DNA of 62,009 nt from Pseudomonadota bacterium (GTDB lineage: Bacteria; Desulfobacterota; Desulfobacteria; Desulfobacterales; JBDRRP01): positions 124,001 to 186,009 of the forward strand of contig JBDRRP010000040.1 in assembly GCA_043825735.1 (NCBI GenBank), in the 5' to 3' direction. Numbering within the stretch: the first letter of the stretch is position 1; each line of letters begins with the position of its first letter. The notes below the pieces were generated by a model. That model saw only the letters and a list, made by a program, of their open reading frames with translations. It was not told the DNA's origin and searched no databases. A program made the translations under genes and the position numbers. Positions 1 to 8,926 of the stretch are shown here, one piece after another.

Positions 1-263
1 GTAAGGAGCACCATCGATTTGATGAGTGCGGCCCACCACCGTGCGTGCGGTTGATGGCCATGCGTGTTTACCGCAACGGCTGCGGCAAAACCGCAAAGAA
101 TCGCTGCCCCAGCGGCGAGAAAGGGCCGAAACCGGGGGTGGAGAAATGCGGTGTCGTGCCCGCCCAGCAGCAGCCACCCCAGTGCCCCCAGCAGCACCAA
201 AAACATCAGTGCGGTGCCGGCGCTGCCGAGAGTGTCATTTCGGTGCTGGTTTAAATGCGTCAT
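1..263 (-). CDS. TIGR03943/DUF1980-type putative permease partner (runs off the window edge)
   Basis: Hand translation from ATG 263 (ATGA overlap with the upstream stop): MTHLNQ...LMFLVLLGALGWLLLGGHDTAFLHPRFRPFLAAGAAILCGF...THGHQPH. Hydrophobic and His-rich, and follows a DUF318 permease as is usual for this pair. Not in the ORF track. Confidence 0.7.
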   Translation of the reverse strand, partial: MTHLNQHRNDTLGSAGTALMFLVLLGALGWLLLGGHDTAFLHPRFRPFLAAGAAILCGFAAAVAVNTHGHQPHARWWAALIKSMVLL

Positions 264-1291
264 CCGGTGAGCCATCCGTAAGCGAGCAGGGTCAGAAAAA
301 CCGCTGAGACGGTAAAGCCCGCCAGAGCGGCGACGGCGCGTTTTCGAAAGACGCTGAGCGCATTCAGAACGAGCTTCATATCGAGCATGGGCCCCAGGAC
401 CATGAAGGCCATTTGGGCCGTCATGGGCAGGGTGGTCCGGAATGCGGCTGCCACAAAGGCATCGGCTTCACTGCACAGGTTGAGCACGACGGCCAGAATC
501 ATCATGGCCGCGATGGACAGTGGCATCGACCCTGCCACAGCGGCAAATGCGTTCCGTGCCACCAGAGCCTGTAGCAATCCAGCGATGAAGGCGCCGAAAA
601 CAAGAAAGCGGCCCATATCCAGAAAGTCGGCGCTGCCATGGCGCAGGGCCTGGATCAGTCGGGCAGACCGGGACGTCGACACGATATGACCCGCTGGGGA
701 TTCGGCTTCGAAGGGCGCCGGAATCACTGCCGCATTTTTCGAAAAGAGCCGGTCCATCACCAGTCCGATGGTTGCCGCGACGCCGTATCCCAAAAGCAGG
801 CGATGGATGGCGATGGTGCTGCTGCCGCCATAGGCGACAGTGGTGGAAATGAATACCAGCGGATTGACGATCGGCGCCCCGAGCAAAAAGGCGACGGCTG
901 CACCCAAGGGCAGGCCCTTGCCCAGCAGACGGCGCACCACGGGCACGATGGCGCATTCGCAGACGGGCAGCAGCAGCCCGGCGGCGGCGGCCAGAAAAAT
1001 CGCCTGCGAGCGCTTCGGCGAAAGGCGGCGCGCCAGCGCTTCCTGGGAGACGAAAACTTCGATGCATCCGCCCAGAAGTGCCCCAAGGAGCATGAAGGGC
1101 AGCGCCTCGAAGAAGATGGAGACAAAGGTGATGCCCAGTGTGATGACGGCCGGTGAGTGACGGTAGCGCGTTGCCAGAAGGATTACGGCGGCCACGAACG
1201 CCAGGTGAGAGAATAAAAACACGGCGTCCGCGACCGCGTGCCGAGGGGGGGCGGCGTGCGCCGGGGAATGCGGCATTTTAAATTCGTTCAT
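260..1291 (-). CDS. DUF318/UPF0718 permease (YcgR-like)
   Basis: Motifs EALPF, LPVCECAIVP, APIVNP, LNLCSEADAFVA, GPMLD; multi-TM; start uncertain (1291 or 1276). Confidence 0.85.
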   Translation of the reverse strand: MNEFKMPHSPAHAAPPRHAVADAVFLFSHLAFVAAVILLATRYRHSPAVITLGITFVSIFFEALPFMLLGALLGGCIEVFVSQEALARRLSPKRSQAIFLAAAAGLLLPVCECAIVPVVRRLLGKGLPLGAAVAFLLGAPIVNPLVFISTTVAYGGSSTIAIHRLLLGYGVAATIGLVMDRLFSKNAAVIPAPFEAESPAGHIVSTSRSARLIQALRHGSADFLDMGRFLVFGAFIAGLLQALVARNAFAAVAGSMPLSIAAMMILAVVLNLCSEADAFVAAAFRTTLPMTAQMAFMVLGPMLDMKLVLNALSVFRKRAVAALAGFTVSAVFLTLLAYGWLTG

Positions 1292-1330
1292 AATACTCAA
1301 TCCGACGTTACTCGCGCCATCGCGCGTAAA

Positions 1331-1419
1331 ACCACGAAGAATACGAAGTGCACGAACAAAAACATGAAAACAACGGGATTAATAAAACCTTCGTGTCCTT
1401 CGTGAACTTCGTGGTGATC
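1331..1419. repeat. 9-nt-periodic inverted repeat (CACGAAG x3 / CTTCGTG x3)
   Basis: Arms at 1331-1356 and 1390-1415; 1384-1419 is identical to 24708-24743. Confidence 0.85.
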
Positions 1420-1455
1420 CAAAATAACATTGAGACAATGCTGTTGAGAGAGCAC

Positions 1456-1884
1456 TCACTTGATACAGTTTTTACAGATGCCGTCCACGCGCACTTCCAC
1501 TTTGTCGATGCGCCCCGGAAAGGTCTTCCACAGGGCGTCGGTATCCACCGGAAGACTTTCCGGGGTCAGACAATCCATCTGCCCGCAGCGGGTGCAGTAG
1601 AAATGCGGGTGAGGACGGTGGTGGGCGTTGGGCGCCAGTCCGTAGTAGAAGGACCTGCCGCCGGTGCTGATGCGGTCTACGACGCCCTTTTCTACCAGCA
1701 GATCGAGGATGCGGTAGACCGTTACCCGGTTGATGGCGCTGCTGCGCGCCATCGTGGCGAAAATATCGGCGGCCGACAGGGGATAGGTGTTGTTGCCGAT
1801 AACTTCCAGAACGCCCCTTCGGTTGTCGGTGGCGTCGATGCCCGATCGCTTGAGAATGTCTTCATAATTGCATCGATGACACAT
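1456..1884 (-). CDS. zur: Fur-family regulator, probably Zur
   Basis: INRVTVYRILDLL, HPHFYCTRCG, C-terminal GICKNC; translationally coupled to znuB. Confidence 0.85.
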   Translation of the reverse strand: MCHRCNYEDILKRSGIDATDNRRGVLEVIGNNTYPLSAADIFATMARSSAINRVTVYRILDLLVEKGVVDRISTGGRSFYYGLAPNAHHRPHPHFYCTRCGQMDCLTPESLPVDTDALWKTFPGRIDKVEVRVDGICKNCIK

Positions 1885-2711
1885 CAGATCCCCCTTGCGG
1901 CGGTTTGCATCGATTTTACCTTTTCTACCAGCAGCGCCAGAAAGAAGGCCGCCCCGGCCACCGCGATGATGGTCGCCCCCGAGGTGAGATCGAAGGCATA
2001 GGAGAGCCACAGGCCGAGCACCGTGAAGGCTGCGCCAAGAAAGATGGCGCCCATCATCATCTGGAGCAGCGAGCGGGCGAATTTTTCCATGATGAACGGT
2101 GGAATGGTCAACAGCGCGATGACCAGGATCAGGCCCACCACCTGGATCACCATGACGATGGTCACCGCCAGGAGCCCTATGAGAGCGAAATACAGGGTCC
2201 TTACCGGCACACCGCGCACCAGGGCGAACTCCTCATCGTAACTCATGGCCAAAATGTCCTTGTAGTAGACGGCGATAAATCCGCAGATCGCAGTGCCCAC
2301 CCCGGCCATGATCCCCAGATCCGATGTGGGGACGCTCAGGATGCTGCCGAACAGATAGCTCATCAGATCGACGTTGTAGCCGGGCGTGAGATCCAGAAGG
2401 ATGATGCCGCAGGCCATCCCCACCGCCCAGATGACGCCGATGATGGTGTCGGCCCGGTGCCGCGCTTTCAGGGTCACGGCCGCCATCACCAACCCTGCTG
2501 CCAGGGCGAAGCCCACGGTGCCCGCCAGAAAGGGGATGCCGAAGAAAACCGCGATGCCGATGCCGCCGTAAGCCGCGTGGGCGATGCCGCCGGAAAGAAA
2601 GACGATGCGGTTGACCACTACCAGGGTGCCCATGATGCCGCAGATGACGCTGGCCATCAGACCCGCCGCCAATGCGTTTCGCATGAATTCGAACTGCAGT
2701 GCTTCAATCAT
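1884..2711 (-). CDS. znuB: Zn/Mn ABC transporter permease
   Basis: GIAHAAYGG, LMSYLFGSIL, QVVGLILVIALLTIP, SGATI. Confidence 0.92.
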   Translation of the reverse strand: MIEALQFEFMRNALAAGLMASVICGIMGTLVVVNRIVFLSGGIAHAAYGGIGIAVFFGIPFLAGTVGFALAAGLVMAAVTLKARHRADTIIGVIWAVGMACGIILLDLTPGYNVDLMSYLFGSILSVPTSDLGIMAGVGTAICGFIAVYYKDILAMSYDEEFALVRGVPVRTLYFALIGLLAVTIVMVIQVVGLILVIALLTIPPFIMEKFARSLLQMMMGAIFLGAAFTVLGLWLSYAFDLTSGATIIAVAGAAFFLALLVEKVKSMQTAARGI

Positions 2712-3495
2712 CCGATTCCTCCCGGTGAGGCATCAATACCCGGTGCGGCAGACCGTGGGCCACCAACTCGACCGGGCAGGTATCCTCCACGGTGCACGGG
2801 TACATGGATTCGAGCATGTCGCCGGTGATTTCCGCCTGGTGGTGGTGGTGGAGCCGCCGGTTCACGCAGGCCACCGACTTGACATAGCTGGAGACCACCA
2901 GCAGATCGTGGCTCACAACAACAATGGTGATATCGGCGTTCAGGGTCTCGAGAAGCCGGTAAAAAGAGGCCTGTCCCTTGGTGTCGATACTGGCGGTGGG
3001 CTCATCGAGCAGCAGCAGGCTGGGGCGTGCCACCAGGGCTCTGGCGATGAACACCCGCTGGCGCTGGCCGCCCGACAGCGCACCGATGCGCTGCTGGGCC
3101 TTCTGGGCCATACCCATGCGCGCCAGCGTGTCCATGGCGTCCCGGCGATCGTCGGCCGTGGTGGGGGTAAACCGCTTTTTAGGGCTCAGTTTGCCCATGA
3201 GCACCACATCCATGACGGTGATGGGAAAACTGGCGTTGATGTGCACATCCTGGGGGACGTATCCGATGCGATGCGATGCTGCTTGAGGGGCGCGCCCCAT
3301 TACCTCGATCAGCCCCTTCCTGGGTTTCAGCAATCCCAGGATCAGCTTGAGCAGCGTCGTTTTCCCGCCGCCGTTGGGTCCGATCATGGCGATAAAGTCC
3401 CCAGGCATCACGGTCAGATTGACGTCCTGAAGGATCGATTGACTGCCGTAGGAGAAGGAGACGTCTGAAATTTCGATGACCGGGGATGCATTCAT
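2704..3495 (-). CDS. znuC: Zn/Mn ABC transporter ATPase
   Basis: Walker A GPNGGGKT, LSGGQRQR, LLLDEP, VSHD; His/Cys-rich tail. Confidence 0.92.
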   Translation of the reverse strand: MNASPVIEISDVSFSYGSQSILQDVNLTVMPGDFIAMIGPNGGGKTTLLKLILGLLKPRKGLIEVMGRAPQAASHRIGYVPQDVHINASFPITVMDVVLMGKLSPKKRFTPTTADDRRDAMDTLARMGMAQKAQQRIGALSGGQRQRVFIARALVARPSLLLLDEPTASIDTKGQASFYRLLETLNADITIVVVSHDLLVVSSYVKSVACVNRRLHHHHQAEITGDMLESMYPCTVEDTCPVELVAHGLPHRVLMPHREESDD

Positions 3496-3505
3496 GGGAC
3501 GCACC

Positions 3506-4396
3506 TCATCTCAGGGCCGCGGCGAAAGCGGCGGCTACCGACTTCAGATTTTGCGGCCAGTCCAGTGCCAGGGGGTCCGCTGCGACCAGCCGTCCGCCGA
3601 TGGCTTTTGCCACCAGCGTGGCGCTCTTGGTTGAAAACTGGGGCTGGACAAAAATGACCCGGATGTCCTCTTTCCGGGCCAGGGTGATGATCTCGGTCAG
3701 TTGGGCCGGTTTGGGGGCCTTGCCTTCCACTTCGATGGGGATCTGGGTCAGGCCGTAAGCCTGGGCGAAGTAGCCCCAGGATGGATGAAATACCATGAAA
3801 CGCCGGCCGCGGTAGGGTTTAAAACCTTGTCCCAGATCCCGGTCGATGGCGGTCAACTCGGAAATGAACCGCTCGCAGTTGGCCTTATAGATGGTGCCGT
3901 GGCCGGGATCTTCCGATACCAGCGCGTCGCAGATGGTACGGGCCTGAATTTTGACCAGCGGCGGCGAGAGCCATATGTGGGGATCAAGGATCCCCCCGGA
4001 GTCTTCTGGATCCGATCGATGCTCCCCTTCGTGGGCGTGGGTCGCCATGGCGTGCTTGGTGATCCCCTGATCGGTGCGGATGACCCTCATGCGGGGATTG
4101 GCAGCGGAGATTTTGTCCAGCCAGGCGCTTTCAAAAGGGACACCGATGGCGAAATAGAGTGCCGATGCCGCGATGGCGGTCATTTGACTGGGTTTGGGTT
4201 CGTAGGTGGCCGGACTCGCACCGGGCTGCACCATGACCTGGACATCCAACAGATCGCCGCCAATTTGTTGCACGAAATATTGCTGGGGCACGATGCTGAC
4301 GAACACCGGCAGGCGCGGGGCGGCGAGGCTGAAAGGGACGCCGAGACTCCATCCCGAAATAATAAAACATATAAGCAGGCTTCCAATCCTTCGCAT
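3506..4396 (-). CDS. znuA: Zn ABC transporter substrate-binding protein
   Basis: Signal peptide, SPATYEP, His-rich loop HAHEGEH, DPHIWLSP, VFHPSWGYF. Confidence 0.92.
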   Translation of the reverse strand: MRRIGSLLICFIISGWSLGVPFSLAAPRLPVFVSIVPQQYFVQQIGGDLLDVQVMVQPGASPATYEPKPSQMTAIAASALYFAIGVPFESAWLDKISAANPRMRVIRTDQGITKHAMATHAHEGEHRSDPEDSGGILDPHIWLSPPLVKIQARTICDALVSEDPGHGTIYKANCERFISELTAIDRDLGQGFKPYRGRRFMVFHPSWGYFAQAYGLTQIPIEVEGKAPKPAQLTEIITLARKEDIRVIFVQPQFSTKSATLVAKAIGGRLVAADPLALDWPQNLKSVAAAFAAALR

Positions 4397-4444
4397 GGGT
4401 TCCGCCCTTCCTGTGATGCGTGTCGATCAAGGGGGTTGAAATAG

Positions 4445-4479
4445 TATGCAACTTTATTGCATAACAGTGGCGTTGGCAA
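4445..4479 (-). promoter_or_regulatory. Zur box overlapping the -10 of a predicted znuA sigma70 promoter
   Basis: Palindrome TATGCAA-CTTTA-TTGCATA (4445-4463) resembles the deltaproteobacterial Zur consensus as I recall it (ATGCAACnnnGTTGCAT); minus strand reads TTGCCA-N17-TAAAGT. Confidence 0.75.
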
Positions 4480-4699
4480 GGGGCCGGGGAGAATTTTCGC
4501 CCTGATTTCCGGTTTGGGGTTTTCGATTGTTGGCAGATGATTGTAGGATGGTCTTGACACCAGCAGCCAGTGTTTGCGCCTTGGAACCTTACACGAAACC
4601 CAGGGATCGCGGGGCAATCAACACCGGCAGGATATCCTGCTGAAAGTTTTGGATGATCCAGTGTCGGCTGACGCCCATGATAAAAGGACGATAGAATAA

Positions 4700-6136
4700 A
4701 TGCCCACGCCGTGCACGTCTCACCCCACGCAACCGGCCCAATGGCAGTGCCACCGCTGTCAGGTGATGTTGTGCCCGCAATGCATCGATCGCCGTGAAAA
4801 GGGCTATCAGTTTCCCAACCAGTTTGTTCACTACTGCCCGAAGTGCAACGTCGAGGTCCGATGGCTGGGGGCCGGCAACATCATCGACCCCTTCTGGAAG
4901 CGCCTTCCCAAGTTTTTTTCCTTTCCGCTGCATCCCCGGCCTCTGGTGCTCATGGCGGTGTTTTGCACCATTGCCGTGATCAGCGCCCGGGACCCTGGGT
5001 TTTTCAGCCTGATCCTCATGGGAGGGAGCTACTGTGTTATGCTCCTTTACTCGTTTGCGGCACTCAGGGGGACGGCCCAGGGGGATCTTTCACCACCGCC
5101 ATTGAGCCAGGCAACACTTTCCGACGGCATTGGCCTGGTGGTGAAGCAGATCGGCATTTATGTCTTGATCGGTTTTGCCTTCTTCATCTCGGCGGCCAAA
5201 TTGGGAATTTTCATCGGTGGCGTCGTTCTGGTCGTGGCGCTGCTGGGGCTGCCGGCCATGGTCATTTTGCTGGTGACCACCGGCAGCCTGATCCAGGCGG
5301 TCAACCCGATGATGTTCCTGCCTCTGGCCACGCGTATCGGATGGGGCTACCTGCTGATGTACCTTTTTCTGATTCTGCTGGGGGGCGCCCCCCAGGCACT
5401 GGCCGGGCGGATTGCCGCCGTGGTTCCGCCGATGGCCATGCCGGTTCTCTCGACTGCCGCCAAGTTTTACTACATGCTCATATCCTATCATTTGATGGGC
5501 TACGTGCTGATGCAGTACCACACGGAGATCGGCTACACCATCGACCAGGAGAATTTCAGGGAATCGGATGCCTCCGCCGCGCTCCCCGCGCTTGTCAGCG
5601 GTGACGCGAAGACGCTCCAGGACGTAGCCCTGCTGCTGCGCAGCGGCGCGGTGGAAGACGCCATTGCCTGCATCCAGGCGCGCGGCGCCTCCGATGCCAT
5701 GCAGTCACTGGTATTATCCGGACTGTACATGAAGATGCTGAAGCTAAAGAAAATGGGTGAACCGCTTGTCCATCATCTTCCCATTCATCTCAAACTGCTG
5801 GTGGCGGGGAACAAGAAAAGCGATGCCATCGCGCTTTACCTGTCGCCGCTGGCGCAGCACACCGAAGGATCCCTGCCGGCGGATATCCGCTTTAAAATCG
5901 CCGGATGGCTCAGCGAGACCGGCAAGAGCCCGGAGGCACTGGCGGCCTTTCAGAGCATCATTGACGACGATGCGGACATGGCTCTCGCTGCCAAGGCCCA
6001 TCTGCGGATGGCGCAGATCTACAACGACCGGATGATGCAGCCCGAAAAGGCCCGCGACATCCTGAACGACGCCCTCGACCGTTTCCCCAACAGCGCCGTC
6101 GCCGATCAGATGCACGCCTACCGCAGCCATCTATAG
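4700..6136 (+). CDS. Membrane protein: N-terminal B-box-like Zn finger, DUF4013-like TM region, C-terminal TPR-like repeats
   Basis: CxxH...CxxC...CxxC...CPKC at the N-terminus, about 6 TM segments, helical TPR-like C-terminus ending RFPNS. Confidence 0.7.
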   Translation: MPTPCTSHPTQPAQWQCHRCQVMLCPQCIDRREKGYQFPNQFVHYCPKCNVEVRWLGAGNIIDPFWKRLPKFFSFPLHPRPLVLMAVFCTIAVISARDPGFFSLILMGGSYCVMLLYSFAALRGTAQGDLSPPPLSQATLSDGIGLVVKQIGIYVLIGFAFFISAAKLGIFIGGVVLVVALLGLPAMVILLVTTGSLIQAVNPMMFLPLATRIGWGYLLMYLFLILLGGAPQALAGRIAAVVPPMAMPVLSTAAKFYYMLISYHLMGYVLMQYHTEIGYTIDQENFRESDASAALPALVSGDAKTLQDVALLLRSGAVEDAIACIQARGASDAMQSLVLSGLYMKMLKLKKMGEPLVHHLPIHLKLLVAGNKKSDAIALYLSPLAQHTEGSLPADIRFKIAGWLSETGKSPEALAAFQSIIDDDADMALAAKAHLRMAQIYNDRMMQPEKARDILNDALDRFPNSAVADQMHAYRSHL

Positions 6137-6159
6137 AGGATCTGTCAGAAAAGATTACA

Positions 6160-6368
6160 TCGCGCAGAGGCGCGGAGGCGCAGAGAACTGCTGAAAAAGG
6201 TGAACTTCCAACTCGCCATTGGCGAGCGAGCACTTGTCCGCCTCTGGCGGATCGAACTCTGAACGCTGAACATCGAATGAAAACAAGTACTCTCGCTAAG
6301 ACGCAAAGCGCGCAAAGAACTGCAAGTTCGACTTTCATTTTACTCTGCGTCTCAGCGCCTCTGCGCGA
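6160..6368. repeat. Composite intergenic repeat with 26-bp periodic terminal inverted repeats
   Basis: TCGCGCAGAGGCGCGGAGGCGCAGAG (6160-6185) matches the reverse complement of 6343-6368 at 24/26; encloses short palindromes and a GAACnnn array. Confidence 0.8.
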
Positions 6369-6378
6369 GAAATGGTGT

Positions 6379-7872
6379 TTAGCTGCCGGCCTGGCGGATT
6401 TCGGCGGCTTCCGGAGATTGGGGAAACCGGCGGACAAGGATCTGCCGGCAGCGCTCCATGCGGTCGGTTTTTCCCATGCGCTGCCAGGTCGCAGCCAGGC
6501 GCAGGCAGGCGGCCGGAAGACCCGGCATGTCGGGTTTGTGTTTGAGCAGCATGGCCAGGATCCGTTCGGCATCGATCGGGCGATCCTTTGCCGTAAAGGC
6601 TCGGCAAAGCCCCAGAAACAACCCCGGCGGCAGCTTCGGGGCCTTCACCGCGGAAATGTAGTAATCGTAGGCCTTGAGCAGGGTATCGCGCTGATCCATG
6701 TCCTGGGAAAGGTGCTTCAGATAGGCCACGGTGGTGGAATGAATTTCCGGGCGCTCGGGGTAGTGCCGATCGATGCTGAAAAGAAGCCTCATGACCTCGT
6801 GGTTCTCCGGATCTTCCTTTTGCAATGTAATCAGGAGACGCCGGGCCGCTGCGAACTCGAGTTTTTCCATATGCGAGAGGGCCTGTTCGAGCACCGGCGA
6901 GACGGTATCCTCGCTGGTATCACCCAGCACTTCCGTATCGACTTCTTTCCAATAGCGCTTGTGAAGGAAGGCGATCCCCGCACCGCCGACGAGGCCGCCG
7001 ATGTGTGCGGTGTAGGCCACTTGGCTGGCGCCGCCGAAAAAGAGCTGGAACACCTCGTTGCCGATCCACAGGGGTAAAAGATAAATGGCCATGATGCGAA
7101 AAGTGTTGAAGTAAAACCCTACGGTAAAAAAGATGCGGATCCGCTCTTTTCCAAAGAGCACGGCCAGGGCGCCCATCAGGGCGGCGATGGACCCGGATGC
7201 CCCCACCAGCGGAATGGCCGAGTTGTGTTCCACGGCATAATAAAGGGCCACGGCCGCAAATCCGCCGAGGATGTAAATGACGAGGTAGGATACCCGTCCG
7301 GCACCGTATTCCAGAATGCATCCCACCAGCCAGAGGAAGATCATGTTGCCGATGAGGTGGCCCACACCGCCATGCAAAAACATGTAGGTGAACCCTGTGG
7401 CCGGTCGGTGGATGATGGGGCGAAACCCCCACCGGACGGAGACCGCCGATTCGAAGTGGATCAGAAACTCGGATCTGAGGGGTTTCCATTTCACGTAGGC
7501 CGGGTCTTCGGGGGTGATAATCTGGTCGGCGTCGAGTGCTATCTGAAATGGCCCGGAGCGGATGGACTGGCCTAGCAGGTGGCCCAGCGCCGCTTCATCC
7601 ATCCCTTTAAGCATTTCCAGGTCGGCATCGGTGTAGGGGCGTGTTTCCTTAAACGCCAGGAACCGTGGCAGTTCCATCTCCACGAGTCCCGATTCGATGT
7701 AAAACCGATGCGCGGCCATGGATGCGGCCTGATCGCCGCCCTGGAGGCCGAAATAGACGATGACATTGATCAGAATCAGTAAAATGGTGACGATCGGCGG
7801 GTTTCGCAGACTGATCTTGCCGATAAGGGGAATGATGAGCATGGGCGCGTTCCTGTTCTTAAGATGGGACAC
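6379..7872 (-). CDS. Rhomboid intramembrane serine protease with C-terminal TPR-like domain
   Basis: FLHGGVGHLIGNM, catalytic GASG, AHIGG; start may be the downstream Met (MLIIP). Confidence 0.9.
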   Translation of the reverse strand: MSHLKNRNAPMLIIPLIGKISLRNPPIVTILLILINVIVYFGLQGGDQAASMAAHRFYIESGLVEMELPRFLAFKETRPYTDADLEMLKGMDEAALGHLLGQSIRSGPFQIALDADQIITPEDPAYVKWKPLRSEFLIHFESAVSVRWGFRPIIHRPATGFTYMFLHGGVGHLIGNMIFLWLVGCILEYGAGRVSYLVIYILGGFAAVALYYAVEHNSAIPLVGASGSIAALMGALAVLFGKERIRIFFTVGFYFNTFRIMAIYLLPLWIGNEVFQLFFGGASQVAYTAHIGGLVGGAGIAFLHKRYWKEVDTEVLGDTSEDTVSPVLEQALSHMEKLEFAAARRLLITLQKEDPENHEVMRLLFSIDRHYPERPEIHSTTVAYLKHLSQDMDQRDTLLKAYDYYISAVKAPKLPPGLFLGLCRAFTAKDRPIDAERILAMLLKHKPDMPGLPAACLRLAATWQRMGKTDRMERCRQILVRRFPQSPEAAEIRQAGS

Positions 7873-7901
7873 CCTAATCCATGAGCGCGTTCCAAGTCAA
7901 T

Positions 7902-8816
7902 TCACGGATTCTGCGTCTTTTTGGCGATATGAAAATCGGGATAATGCTTTTTAGCACATTCCGGACAAATGCCATGGCTGAATTTGGCGTTAGAATGCTT
8001 CTGGATATACCCTTCTATCTGGTCCCAGTATCCCTTGTCATCACGGATTTTTTTGCAGTGTGAGCAAATAGGCAATAATCCGCTCAATGTTTTCACTTCT
8101 GCAACCGCACTTTTCAGTTCAATAATCAGATTGTCTTTTTCAACCTGCGCGCGTTTGCGTTCTTCCATTTCGATATGGATCTCTTCATTGGCTTTTTCGA
8201 TTTCTTTTTTCTGTGCCTGCAGCCGTTGCCTTATATTGGAAACAAACCCACCGAAGAAGGCAAACCATGAGAGTAATATACCGAACAAAATATAAAGAAA
8301 CAGCTGGTATTGAATATTGAACCCCCGGCAATCCTGGAAATACTCAACACACAAGAGTGCTGCGTAAAGTCCCATCACCCAGACATCCACATGAAGATAC
8401 TGCCGAAGCGTCAGACTCAGCACTCCGAAACTGAAAGGGGGCAGGAAAAACAGTAATATAATCGGGCGGGCATCCGGCAAACAGTACATCGCCACAATGC
8501 CATAAATGGAAGCGTAGACGATCTGCTCCCGAGTCAAAGATGGTTCTGGAAAACGTAAATTCGCGCTCGTGGAAAACAGAATTAAGAATAAAGCGATACC
8601 AGACAGGCACAGTCCTATAAGTATTGTCCACTGCGCGATGGTCAACTTACCAATACCAATTTGCGTGATCAGAAATGTCGCCAGAAGCGCGACTGCATAA
8701 GTGGCGACGGACAGGCCGAATACCTTCAACCGCTGGCGCTGTGCCTTTTCAACGGCGCTGTTTGCAGAAACGGCCTTCTCACGCGCCATGCTCTTAAACT
8801 GATAGAGAAACGCCAT
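7902..8816 (-). CDS. Multi-TM sensor-like protein with coiled coil and 4-Cys C-terminal domain
   Basis: About 6 TM segments, coiled coil, then LPICSHCKKIRDDKGYW...FSHGICPEC; visibly AT-richer than neighbours. Confidence 0.75.
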   Translation of the reverse strand: MAFLYQFKSMAREKAVSANSAVEKAQRQRLKVFGLSVATYAVALLATFLITQIGIGKLTIAQWTILIGLCLSGIALFLILFSTSANLRFPEPSLTREQIVYASIYGIVAMYCLPDARPIILLFFLPPFSFGVLSLTLRQYLHVDVWVMGLYAALLCVEYFQDCRGFNIQYQLFLYILFGILLSWFAFFGGFVSNIRQRLQAQKKEIEKANEEIHIEMEERKRAQVEKDNLIIELKSAVAEVKTLSGLLPICSHCKKIRDDKGYWDQIEGYIQKHSNAKFSHGICPECAKKHYPDFHIAKKTQNP

Positions 8817-8926
8817 TAGTCTATCCTATCGTATCAATTCCGGATCCATGATCCGGTTGCGTGATGTCGAAACCAACGGCGATGAGAGGGCAATTCGAAG
8901 TCAGCACAGGCGCGTTAGCGAGCAAA

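Noticed and set aside
140..170. Apparent frameshift in the TIGR03943-type gene
   Set aside because: Re-reading the bases gives a continuous frame (LLLGGHDTAFLHP).
1331..1419. Periodic repeats as a CRISPR array
   Set aside because: They are inverted arms with no repeat-spacer series, and there are no cas genes.
1348..4444. Long plus-strand ORFs opposite the znu operon (and similar ones at 15056-17517, 49616-51157, 53705-55087)
   Set aside because: They are antisense shadows of well-supported genes in GC-rich DNA and carry no motifs.
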